Of a stretch of 61,298 nucleotides of DNA, positions 49,449-58,410 are shown piece by piece (the first letter of the stretch is position 1; the number at the start of each line of letters is the position of its first letter). The translations under genes were made by a program, and so were the position numbers. A model generated the notes under the pieces. That model worked only from the letters and a program-made list of their open reading frames with translations. It had not been told where the DNA came from and did not search any database. Source of the DNA: Dehalococcoidia bacterium (GTDB lineage Bacteria > Chloroflexota > Dehalococcoidia > SHXV01); assembly GCA_009693105.1 (NCBI GenBank), contig SHXV01000001.1:1-61298 (forward strand). Direction: 5' to 3'.

Positions 49449-50390
49449 GTGTCAGACGCCGCTACCCGTTCCCTGAGACCGCTCATCGCCGATAACGCGC
49501 TGGACCTGATCGGCCGCACCCCCATGGTCCGGCTGCGCCGGATCGTGCCCGCCGGCGGCGCGGATCTGCTGGCCAAGATGGAGATGATGAACCCGGCTGG
49601 GTCCGTCAAGGATCGCATCGCCCTGGCGATGATCGAGGAGGCGGAGCGTGCCGGTAAGCTACGGCCCGGCGACACCATCGTGGAGCCGACCAGCGGTAAC
49701 ACCGGCATCGGCCTGGCCATGGTCGCCGCGGTGAAGGGCTACAAGCTCATCCTCACCATGCCGGAAGACATGAGCGTGGAGCGGCGCAAGCTGCTGGCCC
49801 GTTACGGCGTTCAGTTTGTGCTCACGCCCGCCATCGAAGGGATGAGCGGCGCTGTTTACGCCGCGCAGGAAATCCTGGAGAAGACGCCGAACTGCTTCAT
49901 GCCGCAGCAGTTTGAGAATCCCGCCAACCCGCAGGTCCATCGCCTTACCACGGCCGTGGAGATACTGGACGCGACGGAGGGACGGGTTGATGCGTTTGTC
50001 GCCGGGGTCGGCACCGGCGGCACGATCAGCGGCGTCGGGCGCGTCCTGAAGGACCGCATCCCCGATGTTCTCATCGTCGCCGTGGAGCCGACGCGATCGC
50101 CGGTGTTGCAGGGCGGCCGCGCCGGGATGCACGCCATCCAGGGCATCGGCGCCAGCTTCGTCCCCGGCGTGTTCGACCGCGCCGTGGTGGACGAGATCAT
50201 GGGTGTGTCCGATGAAGATTCGATCGAGATGATGCAGCGGCTGGCCCGGGAGGAGGGGCTGCTCGTCGGCGTATCCTCCGGCGCCAACGTCTTCGCCGCC
50301 CTGAAGGTGGCGGCACGGCTTGGCGCCGGGAAGCGCGTGGTGACGATCCTGCCCGATACGGGCGAACGCTATCTGAGTCTGCCGGGCTGA
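49449..50390 (+). CDS. cysK: cysteine synthase A (O-acetylserine sulfhydrylase)
   Basis: 'LIGRTPMVRL', 'EMMNPAGSVKDRIA' and 'EPTSGNTGIGLA..GVGTGGTISG'. GTG start at 49449 after an AGGGGGA RBS. Confidence 0.9.
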   Translation: MSDAATRSLRPLIADNALDLIGRTPMVRLRRIVPAGGADLLAKMEMMNPAGSVKDRIALAMIEEAERAGKLRPGDTIVEPTSGNTGIGLAMVAAVKGYKLILTMPEDMSVERRKLLARYGVQFVLTPAIEGMSGAVYAAQEILEKTPNCFMPQQFENPANPQVHRLTTAVEILDATEGRVDAFVAGVGTGGTISGVGRVLKDRIPDVLIVAVEPTRSPVLQGGRAGMHAIQGIGASFVPGVFDRAVVDEIMGVSDEDSIEMMQRLAREEGLLVGVSSGANVFAALKVAARLGAGKRVVTILPDTGERYLSLPG

Positions 50391-50459
50391 CGCTGGTCTT
50401 CTCGGCGGAATTTGGCATAATACGTGGGTAATGGTGTCCTAGCCGTTCGGAGGCGAACG

Positions 50460-51596
50460 ATGACGATCGTCAGGGTGTATGTTCCCGCACCCTTCCGGAC
50501 GCTCACAGGAAACCGCGGTACAGTGGAGGCGCAAGGCGCTGACATCGAGGAGCTGTTGCGCGATCTTGATACGCGCTACCCTGGTTTCCGCGCGCTTGTC
50601 TGTAACGATCGGGATGAGATTCCGGCGCACATCAACATCTATGTGAACAATCGCGAGATTCACTCGCTGGAGGGCACCATGACAAAGCTCAGCGAAGGGG
50701 ACGAAGTGGCCGTCATTCCCGCTATCGCTGGCGGCGCGGACGGAAACGGCTCCGCCGGGCCCCAGGTGTGGACGCCGGACCAGGTGATCCGCTATTCGCG
50801 ACACATCATCATGCCGCAGGTGGGCAGCGCCGGGCAGCGCAAGCTGCTTCACGCAAAGGTGCTGCTCATCGGCGCGGGCGGGCTCGGCTCACCGGCGGCG
50901 CTGTACCTGGCGGCCGCGGGCGTGGGCACGATCGGGCTGGTCGATTTCGATGTTGTCGACCTGAGTAACCTGCAGCGGCAGCTCCTGCACCACACCAGCG
51001 ATGTGGGCCGGCCCAAAGTTGAATCGGCCCGCGACACAATCGCGGCGTACAACCCCGATATCAAGGTGATCCCCCACCAGGAGCCGCTGACGTCTGACAA
51101 CGTATTCGGCCTGTTCAAGCAGTACGACTACATCCTGAACGGGGTGGATAACTTCCCCGCCCGCTACTTGGCGAACGATGCGGCCTACATGCTGGGCAAG
51201 ACTTTGGTGGATGGCAGCATCTTCCTCTTTGAGGGGCAGGCTTCCGTCTACGAGCCGGGCAAGGGCTGCTACCGCTGCCTGTTTCCCGCGCCGCCGCCGC
51301 CGGGCATGGTGCCGTCCTGCGCTGAAGCGGGCGTGCTGGGCGTCCTGCCCGGCATCATCGGCTCCGTCATGGCGATTGAGGTGATCAAACTGATCCTGGG
51401 CGTGGGCGAGCCTCTTATCGGCCGTCTGCTCCTGTTCGATGCGCTTGCGATGGAGTTCCGGCAGGTGAAGACGCGGCGGGATCCGAAGTGCCCACTCTGT
51501 GGCGAGAACCCCACCGTTACGGAACTGATTGACTATGATGAATTCTGCGGATTCCCCTCTGACGCCGTCGCGACCGCGGCGGGGAGGACGGCGTGA
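50460..51596 (+). CDS. fusion protein: N-terminal MoaD/ThiS-like ubiquitin-fold domain (internal ..AIAGG) plus ThiF/MoeB-type E1 adenylyltransferase
   Basis: Residues 1-~92 end in 'GDEVAVIPAIAGG'. A linker is followed by 'YSRHIIMPQVGSAGQRKL..VLLIGAGGLGSPAALYLAAAGVG..DLSNLQRQ', with CxxC pairs 'CYRC' and 'CPLC'. No rhodanese domain is present. Confidence 0.85.
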   Translation: MTIVRVYVPAPFRTLTGNRGTVEAQGADIEELLRDLDTRYPGFRALVCNDRDEIPAHINIYVNNREIHSLEGTMTKLSEGDEVAVIPAIAGGADGNGSAGPQVWTPDQVIRYSRHIIMPQVGSAGQRKLLHAKVLLIGAGGLGSPAALYLAAAGVGTIGLVDFDVVDLSNLQRQLLHHTSDVGRPKVESARDTIAAYNPDIKVIPHQEPLTSDNVFGLFKQYDYILNGVDNFPARYLANDAAYMLGKTLVDGSIFLFEGQASVYEPGKGCYRCLFPAPPPPGMVPSCAEAGVLGVLPGIIGSVMAIEVIKLILGVGEPLIGRLLLFDALAMEFRQVKTRRDPKCPLCGENPTVTELIDYDEFCGFPSDAVATAAGRTA

Positions 51597-51615
51597 CCGC
51601 GGGGGAGGATAATCG

Positions 51616-51888
51616 ATGGCGGTAGAGGTACGGGTCACCTCCGTTCTGCAGCGGATCACGGGCGGCCGGCGCTCCGTGAAGGCGAACGGCGACACCGTGG
51701 GGGAGATGCTCGACGACCTGGAGGGGGCGTACCCCGGCCTGAAGGCGCAGGTAACCGATGACGGCGCTTTGCGGCGGTTCGTCAACATCTACGTGAACGA
51801 CGAGGACATCCGTTACCTGGACGCGCTTGCCACACCGCTGAAGGATGGTGACGTCGTCTCCATCCTTCCGGCGCTGGCTGGCGGCTAG
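51616..51888 (+). CDS. cysO: MoaD/ThiS-family sulfur-carrier protein (CysO-like)
   Basis: 90 aa ending 'GDVVSILPALAGG'. It sits immediately upstream of a CysM-type cysteine synthase. Confidence 0.85.
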   Translation: MAVEVRVTSVLQRITGGRRSVKANGDTVGEMLDDLEGAYPGLKAQVTDDGALRRFVNIYVNDEDIRYLDALATPLKDGDVVSILPALAGG

Positions 51889-51909
51889 CGCGGACGCGGG
51901 ATATTCGCC

Positions 51910-52854
51910 GTGCGCTACGCCAGCATTCTTGACCTCATCGGCAACACCCCGCTCGTGGAGATCCCGCGGCTCAGCCCCAATCCCAACGTGCACCTCTACG
52001 CCAAGCTAGAGGGGCAGAACCCCACGGGCAGCGTGAAGGATCGCATCGCCCTGCTCATGATCGAGCGGGCGGAGCGGGACGGCTTGCTCGTCCCCGGGTC
52101 CGCGAGGGTGCTGCTGGAGCCGACCAGCGGCAATACCGGCATCGGCCTGGCGATGATCGGGCGGCGCAAGGGCTACCGCGTGCGCGTCGTCATGCCGGAC
52201 TCCGTGAGCGAGGAGCGTACGCAACTGCTGCGGGCATACGGCGCGGAGATCGTGTACTCCGCGGGTTCGCGCGGCACCAACGGTTCCATCGCCCTGGCGC
52301 AGGAGATCGTGGCGGCGGAGCCGGACAAGTACGTCATGCTCTACCAGTACGGCAACCAGGCGAATCCGGACGCGCACTACACCACCACCGGGCCGGAGAT
52401 CCTGCGGGACCTGCCGGAGATCGATGTGTTCGTCGCCGGGCTGGGCACGGGCGGCACGCTCACGGGGGTGGGGCGCTACCTGAAGGAGCACAAGCCGGGG
52501 GTGCGCATCGTCGCGGCGGCGCCGCACCCCGGCGATCTCGTGCAGGGGCTGCGCAGCATGGAGGAGGGGTTCATCCCCCCCGTGTTCGATGAGCGGGTGC
52601 TGGATGGACGGATTGTGGTGGACAGCCGCTCCTCCTTCGCCGCCACCAAGGAGCTGACCCAGAAGGAGGGAATCTTCGCCGGCATCTCCAGCGGGGCGGT
52701 CATCCGAACGGCGCAGAGGGTGGCGGAGCGGATGGAGTCCGGCCACATCGTCTGCCTGCTGGCCGATGGCGGCTGGAAGTACCTCTCCACCGACCTGTGG
52801 ACGAAGGACTACGACGGTCTGGCGGAGGAAGTTGAGACCAAGATCTGGTGGTGA
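51910..52854 (+). CDS. cysM: cysteine synthase B-type (CysM-like; likely uses CysO thiocarboxylate)
   Basis: 'LIGNTPLVEI', 'LEGQNPTGSVKDRIA' and 'EPTSGNTGIGLA..GLGTGGTLTG'. Synteny is with cysO and an E1. Confidence 0.85.
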   Translation: MRYASILDLIGNTPLVEIPRLSPNPNVHLYAKLEGQNPTGSVKDRIALLMIERAERDGLLVPGSARVLLEPTSGNTGIGLAMIGRRKGYRVRVVMPDSVSEERTQLLRAYGAEIVYSAGSRGTNGSIALAQEIVAAEPDKYVMLYQYGNQANPDAHYTTTGPEILRDLPEIDVFVAGLGTGGTLTGVGRYLKEHKPGVRIVAAAPHPGDLVQGLRSMEEGFIPPVFDERVLDGRIVVDSRSSFAATKELTQKEGIFAGISSGAVIRTAQRVAERMESGHIVCLLADGGWKYLSTDLWTKDYDGLAEEVETKIWW

Positions 52855-52857
52855 GCC

Positions 52858-53192
52858 TTGCCCTGTAACGAAGCGCTGGCCGATCGCTTACGCCGGTCCT
52901 TGGCGGGGATGGCGGGCACTGATGAACGGAAGATGTTCGGCGCCTCTGCTTTATGCTCCGCGGCAACATGATCTTCGGCGTGGCGAACGAAGACCTGATG
53001 GTGCGCGTGGGGCCGGATGGGCACGATGCGGCGCCGGCTCAACCCGGCGCCCGGCCGATGGACTTCACCGGCAGAGCTATGCGCGGCTTCATCTACGTCG
53101 GGCCTGGAGGGTACGAGACGGATGAAGCGCTGGCGGGCTGGGTGGCGCGGTCACTAGAGTTCGTGAGCACACTCCCGCCGAAGGGGAAGTAA
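52858..53192 (+). pseudogene. TfoX-N-domain family gene with one frameshift
   Basis: '(M)PCNEALADRLRRSL..ERKMFGA' (TTG 52858) continues in another frame as 'CFMLRGNMIFGVANEDLMVRV..GFIYV'. A 1-nt deletion lies near 52940. Confidence 0.55.
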
Positions 53193-53196
53193 GCGG

Positions 53197-53736
53197 TCAC
53201 TCCCCTGCCCGTTCCTCCGGGCGTAGGCCGGTGTAGCCGCCGCGGTAGAAGATAAGCGGACCCGCGTCCGGGCGCTGAACACCCGCTCTCACCACCTCCC
53301 CCAGGAAGATATCGTGGTCCCCGCCCGGCAGGCGCGCCTGCACCCGGCACTCCAAGAATGACAGCGTGTTGTCCAGGATGGGCGCACCCGTCTCTCCGAT
53401 GCGGTAAGGAAGCCCGAACAGGTCCCGATTCTCGTGCTGCCCCGCGGAAAACTGCCGAGCAATAGCCTCCTTGTCGTCCGCCAGCACGTTCACCGTGAAC
53501 ACGCCGCTCTCCACCATGTAGGGGAGAATGTGGGCGCCGCGGGCGATGCAGACCAGCAGAAGGAGCGGCTCCAGCGAAACGGAGCTTACGGCGTTCACGG
53601 TTATGCCTTTGAGTTCGCCATCGCGTGCCGTCGTGATCACGGCCACCCCCGTGGCGAACGTACCAATAGCTCGGCGGTACTCCTCCCTGGTAACGGTCAC
53701 CGTGCCCTCCTGCGCCCTCCTGCGATGATGCCGCAT
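53197..53736 (-). CDS. flavin reductase family protein (FMN-binding split barrel)
   Basis: 'FRRAIGTFATGVAVITT..ELKGITVNAVSSVSLEPLLLLVCI'. Confidence 0.85.
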   Translation of the reverse strand: MRHHRRRAQEGTVTVTREEYRRAIGTFATGVAVITTARDGELKGITVNAVSSVSLEPLLLLVCIARGAHILPYMVESGVFTVNVLADDKEAIARQFSAGQHENRDLFGLPYRIGETGAPILDNTLSFLECRVQARLPGGDHDIFLGEVVRAGVQRPDAGPLIFYRGGYTGLRPEERAGE

Positions 53737-53763
53737 TGTACTACGCCGGCTCCGGCCCCGCGG

Positions 53764-54568
53764 TCAGGGCTGGCAGTGGCGGCAGAAGCTGGTGACCCGC
53801 TGCCCCGCCGTGATCTCGGAGATGGGGGCGCCGCACCGGGGTGTCCCCCCAGGCGGTGTACCCGCAGGTGCTCCCTGCGCTCCTCGTAGGACAGCTCATC
53901 GCGCATCTTCTCCGCCACGATCGGGATCGACCAGTCCAGCACCCCGTGGATCGCCCGATATAATGCGCCGATCTCGGCATCGGACATCGCTGTTCGTTTG
54001 CGGTAGGGGTGGACGCCGGTCACGAACAGGATCTCGTCCGCGTAAGCGTTGCCGATCCCGGCGATGAATCGGTGGTTGGCCAGGATGCTTTTGATCTGGC
54101 CGCTGTGCTTGCGTATTCGTTCGCGGAACACATCCTCCGTTAGAGCCGGGTCGAGCACGTCCGGCCCCATCTCTGCGAACTGGGCACCGTGTCCAGGTCC
54201 TCGCTCTTTATCAGGTAGAGCTTGCCCATGAGCCGGAAATCGGTATAGCGCAACGCGTGGCCGTCTTCGAACTCGATGACGGCGCAGGAGCGTCAGCCCC
54301 GCTTCTTGTCGCCGCTCGCCAGGTATTGCCAGCGGCCGGTGAGCATGGCGTTGACGGCCATGATGTGGTCGCTGGCCAGGAGGGAGAGGAGAAACTTGCC
54401 ACGACGGTCAACCACGGTGAAACGGTTGCCCTCCAGCGTCTGCGCGAAGTCCTCCTTCGGCATGCGGGAGATGATGGGGATGACGATCTCCGCTCGCGCG
54501 ATCGGCAGGCCGGTGATGCGCGCGTTCACGTAGCCCCGGATCGCTTCCAGGTCCGGCACTTCCGGCAT
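53764..54568 (-). pseudogene. mutM: formamidopyrimidine-DNA glycosylase (Fpg/Nei family), disrupted
   Basis: N-terminal 'MPEVPDLEAIRGY..'. An in-frame TGA follows '..GDKKRG' (stop codon at 54293-54295). The same frame then continues '..VIEFEDGHALRYTDFRLMGKLYL'. One frameshift lies near 54185, before 'FAEMGPDVLDP..IAGIGNAYADEILF' (H2TH). A second lies near 53846, before the zinc finger '..RCGAPISEITAGQRVTSFCRHCQP'. Confidence 0.8.
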
Positions 54569-54569
54569 G

Positions 54570-55820
54570 TCAGGCCCTCCCCCACGCCGCTGGATCGAAC
54601 GTGCGCGCGGACGTGTCCGTGCCGACCTCGGCGTAGCCCGCCGCCGCCACTGCGGCAAGCAGCTCTTCGATGTGGCCGCTGTTCCGTGTCTCCAGCAGCA
54701 GCCGCACTTCCACGCCTCGCACCGGCACGTGGACTCCTACCCGGTGGTGGGCGATGTCCAGCACGTTGGCCTCCATTGCCGCGATGATCTCAAGCAGCCT
54801 CTCCAGCGCTCCCGGCCGGTCTTGCAGCCGCACGGTGAGCGTGAGGTAGCGCCCGGCATGGAGCATCCCGTGCTGGACGGCCGTCGCCAGGAAGTTAATA
54901 TCGATGTTGCCGCCGGACAGCACGATGGTCGTGGACCGCCCCCGCGCTTCCACCGCGCCGGAGAGCAGGGCGGCCACGCCCAGCGCGCCCGCGCCCTCCA
55001 CCACCAGTTTCGTCCGCTCCAGCAGCAGGACGATGGCGTGCACGATCGCCTCTTCCTCCACCGTCACGATGTCGTCAAGGTAGCGGCGCAGCAGCGGCAC
55101 GGTGAGGTCGCCCGGCCGGGGCACGGCGACGCCGTCCGCGACCGTGGGCCCGGCGGCGACTTCCACCGGATGCCCCGCCCTGAACGAACGCTGCGCCCCC
55201 GGCGCCGCCGCTGCCTGCACGCCGATGATGCTGACGTCCGGCCGCAGCGCCTTGAGCGCGATGGCCATGCCGGCGGCAAGCCCGCCCCCACCCACCGGCA
55301 CCAGCACGAGGCGGGCATCCGGGCACTGCTCCGCCAGCTCCAGCCCCACCGTGCCCTGCCCGGCGATGATCGCTTCGTCATCGAAGGCGGGGATGAAGGT
55401 TAGCCCCCGTTTCTTCGCCAGCGCGCGCGCGTATTCCGCGGCCTGGCCGAATCCTGCACCGTGCAGCAGCACCTCCGCCCCGTATCCCCGCGTCGCCTCG
55501 ATCTTGGCCAGGGGCGCGGTTTCCGGCATGACGATGGTGGAGGCGACACCCAGCGCCGCCGCCGCCACGGCCACCCCCTGGGCGTGGTTGCCCGCGCTCG
55601 CGGCGATGACGCCGGCTGCTCGCTCCGATGGGGTAAGCGCGGTCAGCTTCGCGGCAGCGCCACGGGCCTTGAAGGAGCCGGTGCGCTGCAGGCATTCCGC
55701 CTTGAGGGCGATGTCCGCGCCGAAGCGGGCGCTCAGGTTGTGGGAATGCAGGACAGGGGTGATGTGGGCCACCCGGTAGACGGGTCCGGCTGCAGCGCGA
55801 ATGGAGTCCAGCGTGACCAT
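54570..55820 (-). CDS. ilvA: threonine ammonia-lyase (biosynthetic type with C-terminal ACT-like domain)
   Basis: 'LQRTGSFKARGA' (PLP Lys), 'SAGNHAQGVA' and 'VPVGGGGLAAG'. Confidence 0.9.
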   Translation of the reverse strand: MVTLDSIRAAAGPVYRVAHITPVLHSHNLSARFGADIALKAECLQRTGSFKARGAAAKLTALTPSERAAGVIAASAGNHAQGVAVAAAALGVASTIVMPETAPLAKIEATRGYGAEVLLHGAGFGQAAEYARALAKKRGLTFIPAFDDEAIIAGQGTVGLELAEQCPDARLVLVPVGGGGLAAGMAIALKALRPDVSIIGVQAAAAPGAQRSFRAGHPVEVAAGPTVADGVAVPRPGDLTVPLLRRYLDDIVTVEEEAIVHAIVLLLERTKLVVEGAGALGVAALLSGAVEARGRSTTIVLSGGNIDINFLATAVQHGMLHAGRYLTLTVRLQDRPGALERLLEIIAAMEANVLDIAHHRVGVHVPVRGVEVRLLLETRNSGHIEELLAAVAAAGYAEVGTDTSARTFDPAAWGRA

Positions 55821-55827
55821 AGGCCCG

Positions 55828-56328
55828 CTACCGCGTCGCCCCGATGGCGACCAGCGCCGCGCCCGTGACCACGAGCGCGCCCCCCGCGAGCATCCGCGTC
55901 GTCACCCGCTCCAGCCGTTGGAGAAAGATGGCGCTCAAGATCATCGCCAGCAGGGGATTGATCGCCATGACGGGGGCGATGATGACGACGGGGGCGTTCT
56001 TCAGGGCGAAGAACTGCCCCATGACCGCGGTGGAAGAGCAGATCCCCGCCAGCATTACCCACAGGTATGCTCGCCGGGGTGCACCCAGATCGCCGCGCGC
56101 ACCCCGCCCGTTGGTGATCAGGATGAGCAGCGTGCCGAACAGGAGGGCGAAGAAGGTCGCGACCTGGGGGGCGATCTCGCCGGTAACGAGGTCGCGGGAA
56201 AGGACTTGTCCCACGGAGTAGGCGACGGCGGCGCCGGCCGCCAGCAGCAGGCCCAGCCGCACCCGGCCGCGCTCTTCCGCCGTGTCCTCTCCCTGTTCCG
56301 GCGCGGCGTCTTCGGGGGTGCGGCTCAT
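55828..56328 (-). CDS. half-size EamA/DMT transporter subunit (second half)
   Basis: Single EamA-like domain, 166 aa. The start ATG overlaps the stop of the upstream half-gene (ATGA). Confidence 0.7.
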   Translation of the reverse strand: MSRTPEDAAPEQGEDTAEERGRVRLGLLLAAGAAVAYSVGQVLSRDLVTGEIAPQVATFFALLFGTLLILITNGRGARGDLGAPRRAYLWVMLAGICSSTAVMGQFFALKNAPVVIIAPVMAINPLLAMILSAIFLQRLERVTTRMLAGGALVVTGAALVAIGATR

Positions 56329-56750
56329 TGCGAACTCACGATCAGCCCCAGCCCGGCGACGATCGCTACCGTGCCCAGCAGGAGGAAGACGCCCCAATCC
56401 TCGCCCAGAAAGACGACGGCGAGGATGGAGGCGAACAGGGGCATCAGTCCCATCACCGGCATAGCCCGGCTCACCCCCGCCAGACTCACGGCGCGGTAGT
56501 TGAGCAGCCGGCCCATCTGGAAGTTCAACGCCCCCACTAGCGCCAGCGCCGGGAGCAGGGAGAGCGGAACGTGGAACAGGGCGCCGGGGTCGATGGCGAG
56601 GTTAAGGGCGAAGCTGAAGGGGATGCCGATGGCCAGGGAGATGAGCGTGCCCGTGCCGGCGTTCATCTCCCGCAGGCCCAGCCGGATGAAGATGGCGGAC
56701 GCCGCCCAGAGCAACGTGGCGCCGATGGCCATGAGGACGCCGACCAGCAT
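56325..56750 (-). CDS. half-size EamA/DMT transporter subunit (first half)
   Basis: Single EamA domain 'LMAIGATLLWAASAIFIRLG..'. [13 protein letters not shown] lies 6 nt before the ATG at 56750. Confidence 0.7.
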   Translation of the reverse strand: MLVGVLMAIGATLLWAASAIFIRLGLREMNAGTGTLISLAIGIPFSFALNLAIDPGALFHVPLSLLPALALVGALNFQMGRLLNYRAVSLAGVSRAMPVMGLMPLFASILAVVFLGEDWGVFLLLGTVAIVAGLGLIVSSQ

Positions 56751-56995
56751 AGAGCGCTCCCTCCCGATGCGATGTGCGCATCCTATCACGTGGGGAAAAG
56801 GTATGGATGCAGAGCCGGATTGCCGCCATCGTTCCCGTGGGACGGATTAACGGGGTGTTGTGACACCGCTGAGCAGCGGGAAGGACGGTATTCCGCTGTC
56901 TGGACCATTCCACGTATTGCGTCGCAGAGGGGACCTGAGTAGAGTGGCGGGAAAGTTCGACGCGACTATTCGCCGGAACCAAGCAGGAGGATCGT

Positions 56996-58204
56996 ATGGA
57001 TGTGCTCAAGGGCATTCGTGTTATTGACGTTACCTCATGGATATATGTCCCGGTGGCCGGAGCGATCCTTGCCCATTGGGGCGCGGATGTGATCAAAGTG
57101 GAACCTGCCCGCAGTCCGGATCCCGGGCGAAACACGCGCGCGCCCCGCACCGCTAACTGGCACGCGAACCGCGGGAAGCGGGGAATCGGCCTGGACCTGG
57201 CCAGCGAAGAGGGGCGGAATATCCTCTATCGGCTGGTTGAGAACGCGGACGTGTTCCTGACCAGCTACCTCCCAGACACGCGGAAAAAGCTGAAGATCGA
57301 CGTCGACGACATCCGTGCCATCAATCCGCGCATCATCTACGCGAGGGGCTCGGGCCGCGGCCCCCACGGGCCGGAAGCGGGGCGCGGGGGCTACGATCTC
57401 GCCGTTTGGTGGGGGAGGGGCTCCCTTGCCGCAAGTTCGGCCGATGCCTCCGGCGTCGATTTTGTGCCCGGGATGACCGGACACGGGGACACGATGTCCG
57501 GGCATATCCTGGCGGGCGGGATATGCGCCGCTTTGTTCCAGCGGGCGATGACCGGGAAGGCCTCAGTGGTCGACGGATCGCTGATGCACACCGCGGTCTG
57601 GTTCAATTCGCTGGCGATCAACGCGGCAGCCCAGGGGAACTCATGGCGGCTGTTCTCCCCCGGCCCGCGAGAAGATCGCAACCCATTGGTCAACAGCTAC
57701 AGGACGAAAGACGGGCGATGGGTCCAGCTCTGCATGCTCAGTAACCCGGGACCTGAATGGGTCGACCTGGTCACCCTTCTGGGCCGGCCGGATATCGCCA
57801 GCGACCCTCGATTCGCGAACGCCGCCGGCTGGGGTATCCATTCCGAAACCCGGGACGAGAACCAGGCCGAGGCCGTTACGGTGCTCGACGAGCTGTTCAG
57901 GCAATACACGCTCGATGAGGCAAAGGAGCGACTCGCGAATGCCCGCGGGGTCTGGGAGGCCGTCCAGACGCCCGCGGAAATCCTCGAGGATCCGCAGACG
58001 ATCGCGAACGGCTTTGTGCAGAAGGCGCGCCACGCTGACGGGACCGAGCTTTCGCTCACGGTGCCGGCCGTGCTCTTCGATGGAGAGGCTGGAGAACCGC
58101 AGCCCGGGCCTGACTGGGGGGAGCACACGGATGCTGTGCTGTCCGAGTTGGGCCTGACCGCGGACCAAATTGCCGGGTATCGGGAGCGTGGCGTGATCCA
58201 CTAG
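56996..58204 (+). CDS. family III CoA-transferase (CaiB/BaiF)
   Basis: 'LKGIRVIDVTSWIYVPVAGAILAHWGADVIKVE' and 'GYDL' motifs; 402 aa. Confidence 0.88.
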   Translation: MDVLKGIRVIDVTSWIYVPVAGAILAHWGADVIKVEPARSPDPGRNTRAPRTANWHANRGKRGIGLDLASEEGRNILYRLVENADVFLTSYLPDTRKKLKIDVDDIRAINPRIIYARGSGRGPHGPEAGRGGYDLAVWWGRGSLAASSADASGVDFVPGMTGHGDTMSGHILAGGICAALFQRAMTGKASVVDGSLMHTAVWFNSLAINAAAQGNSWRLFSPGPREDRNPLVNSYRTKDGRWVQLCMLSNPGPEWVDLVTLLGRPDIASDPRFANAAGWGIHSETRDENQAEAVTVLDELFRQYTLDEAKERLANARGVWEAVQTPAEILEDPQTIANGFVQKARHADGTELSLTVPAVLFDGEAGEPQPGPDWGEHTDAVLSELGLTADQIAGYRERGVIH

Positions 58205-58350
58205 CTTGACTTACTGCTCCCTCGGGCAGGCGGGGGCGCGTGGGCCAAGCTGGCGAGTAAGGCCAGGGCGGAGCCCCTTCGCTTTCAGGACCTACGCCAT
58301 TCCAGCGTCAGGCTTCTCCTCAAGAGCGGGAGCCGATGGCTGATGTGGCC
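58205..58350 (+). pseudogene. remnant of a tyrosine recombinase (phage-type integrase) C-terminus
   Basis: '..AWAKLASKARAEPLRFQDLRHSSVRLLLKSG' matches the box II region (hDLRH....ll..G). No start codon is present and the downstream part is out of frame. It lies about 60 nt from the tRNA-Arg 3' end. Confidence 0.5.
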
Positions 58351-58410
58351 GGAGGGTAGGGCGGGGGCACAAGAATGGAGGCTAGCGTGGGTATTTTTAA
58401 AATCGAAAAG

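Noticed and set aside
40726-54568. Whether the arsC, tfoX-like and fpg frameshifts are simply sequencing or assembly errors.
   Set aside because: This cannot be excluded without reads. It is judged less likely because seven 1-nt deletions plus one nonsense codon are concentrated in three dispensable genes. More than 50 neighbouring genes, including several over 1.5 kb, are intact. They are kept as pseudogene calls with this caveat.
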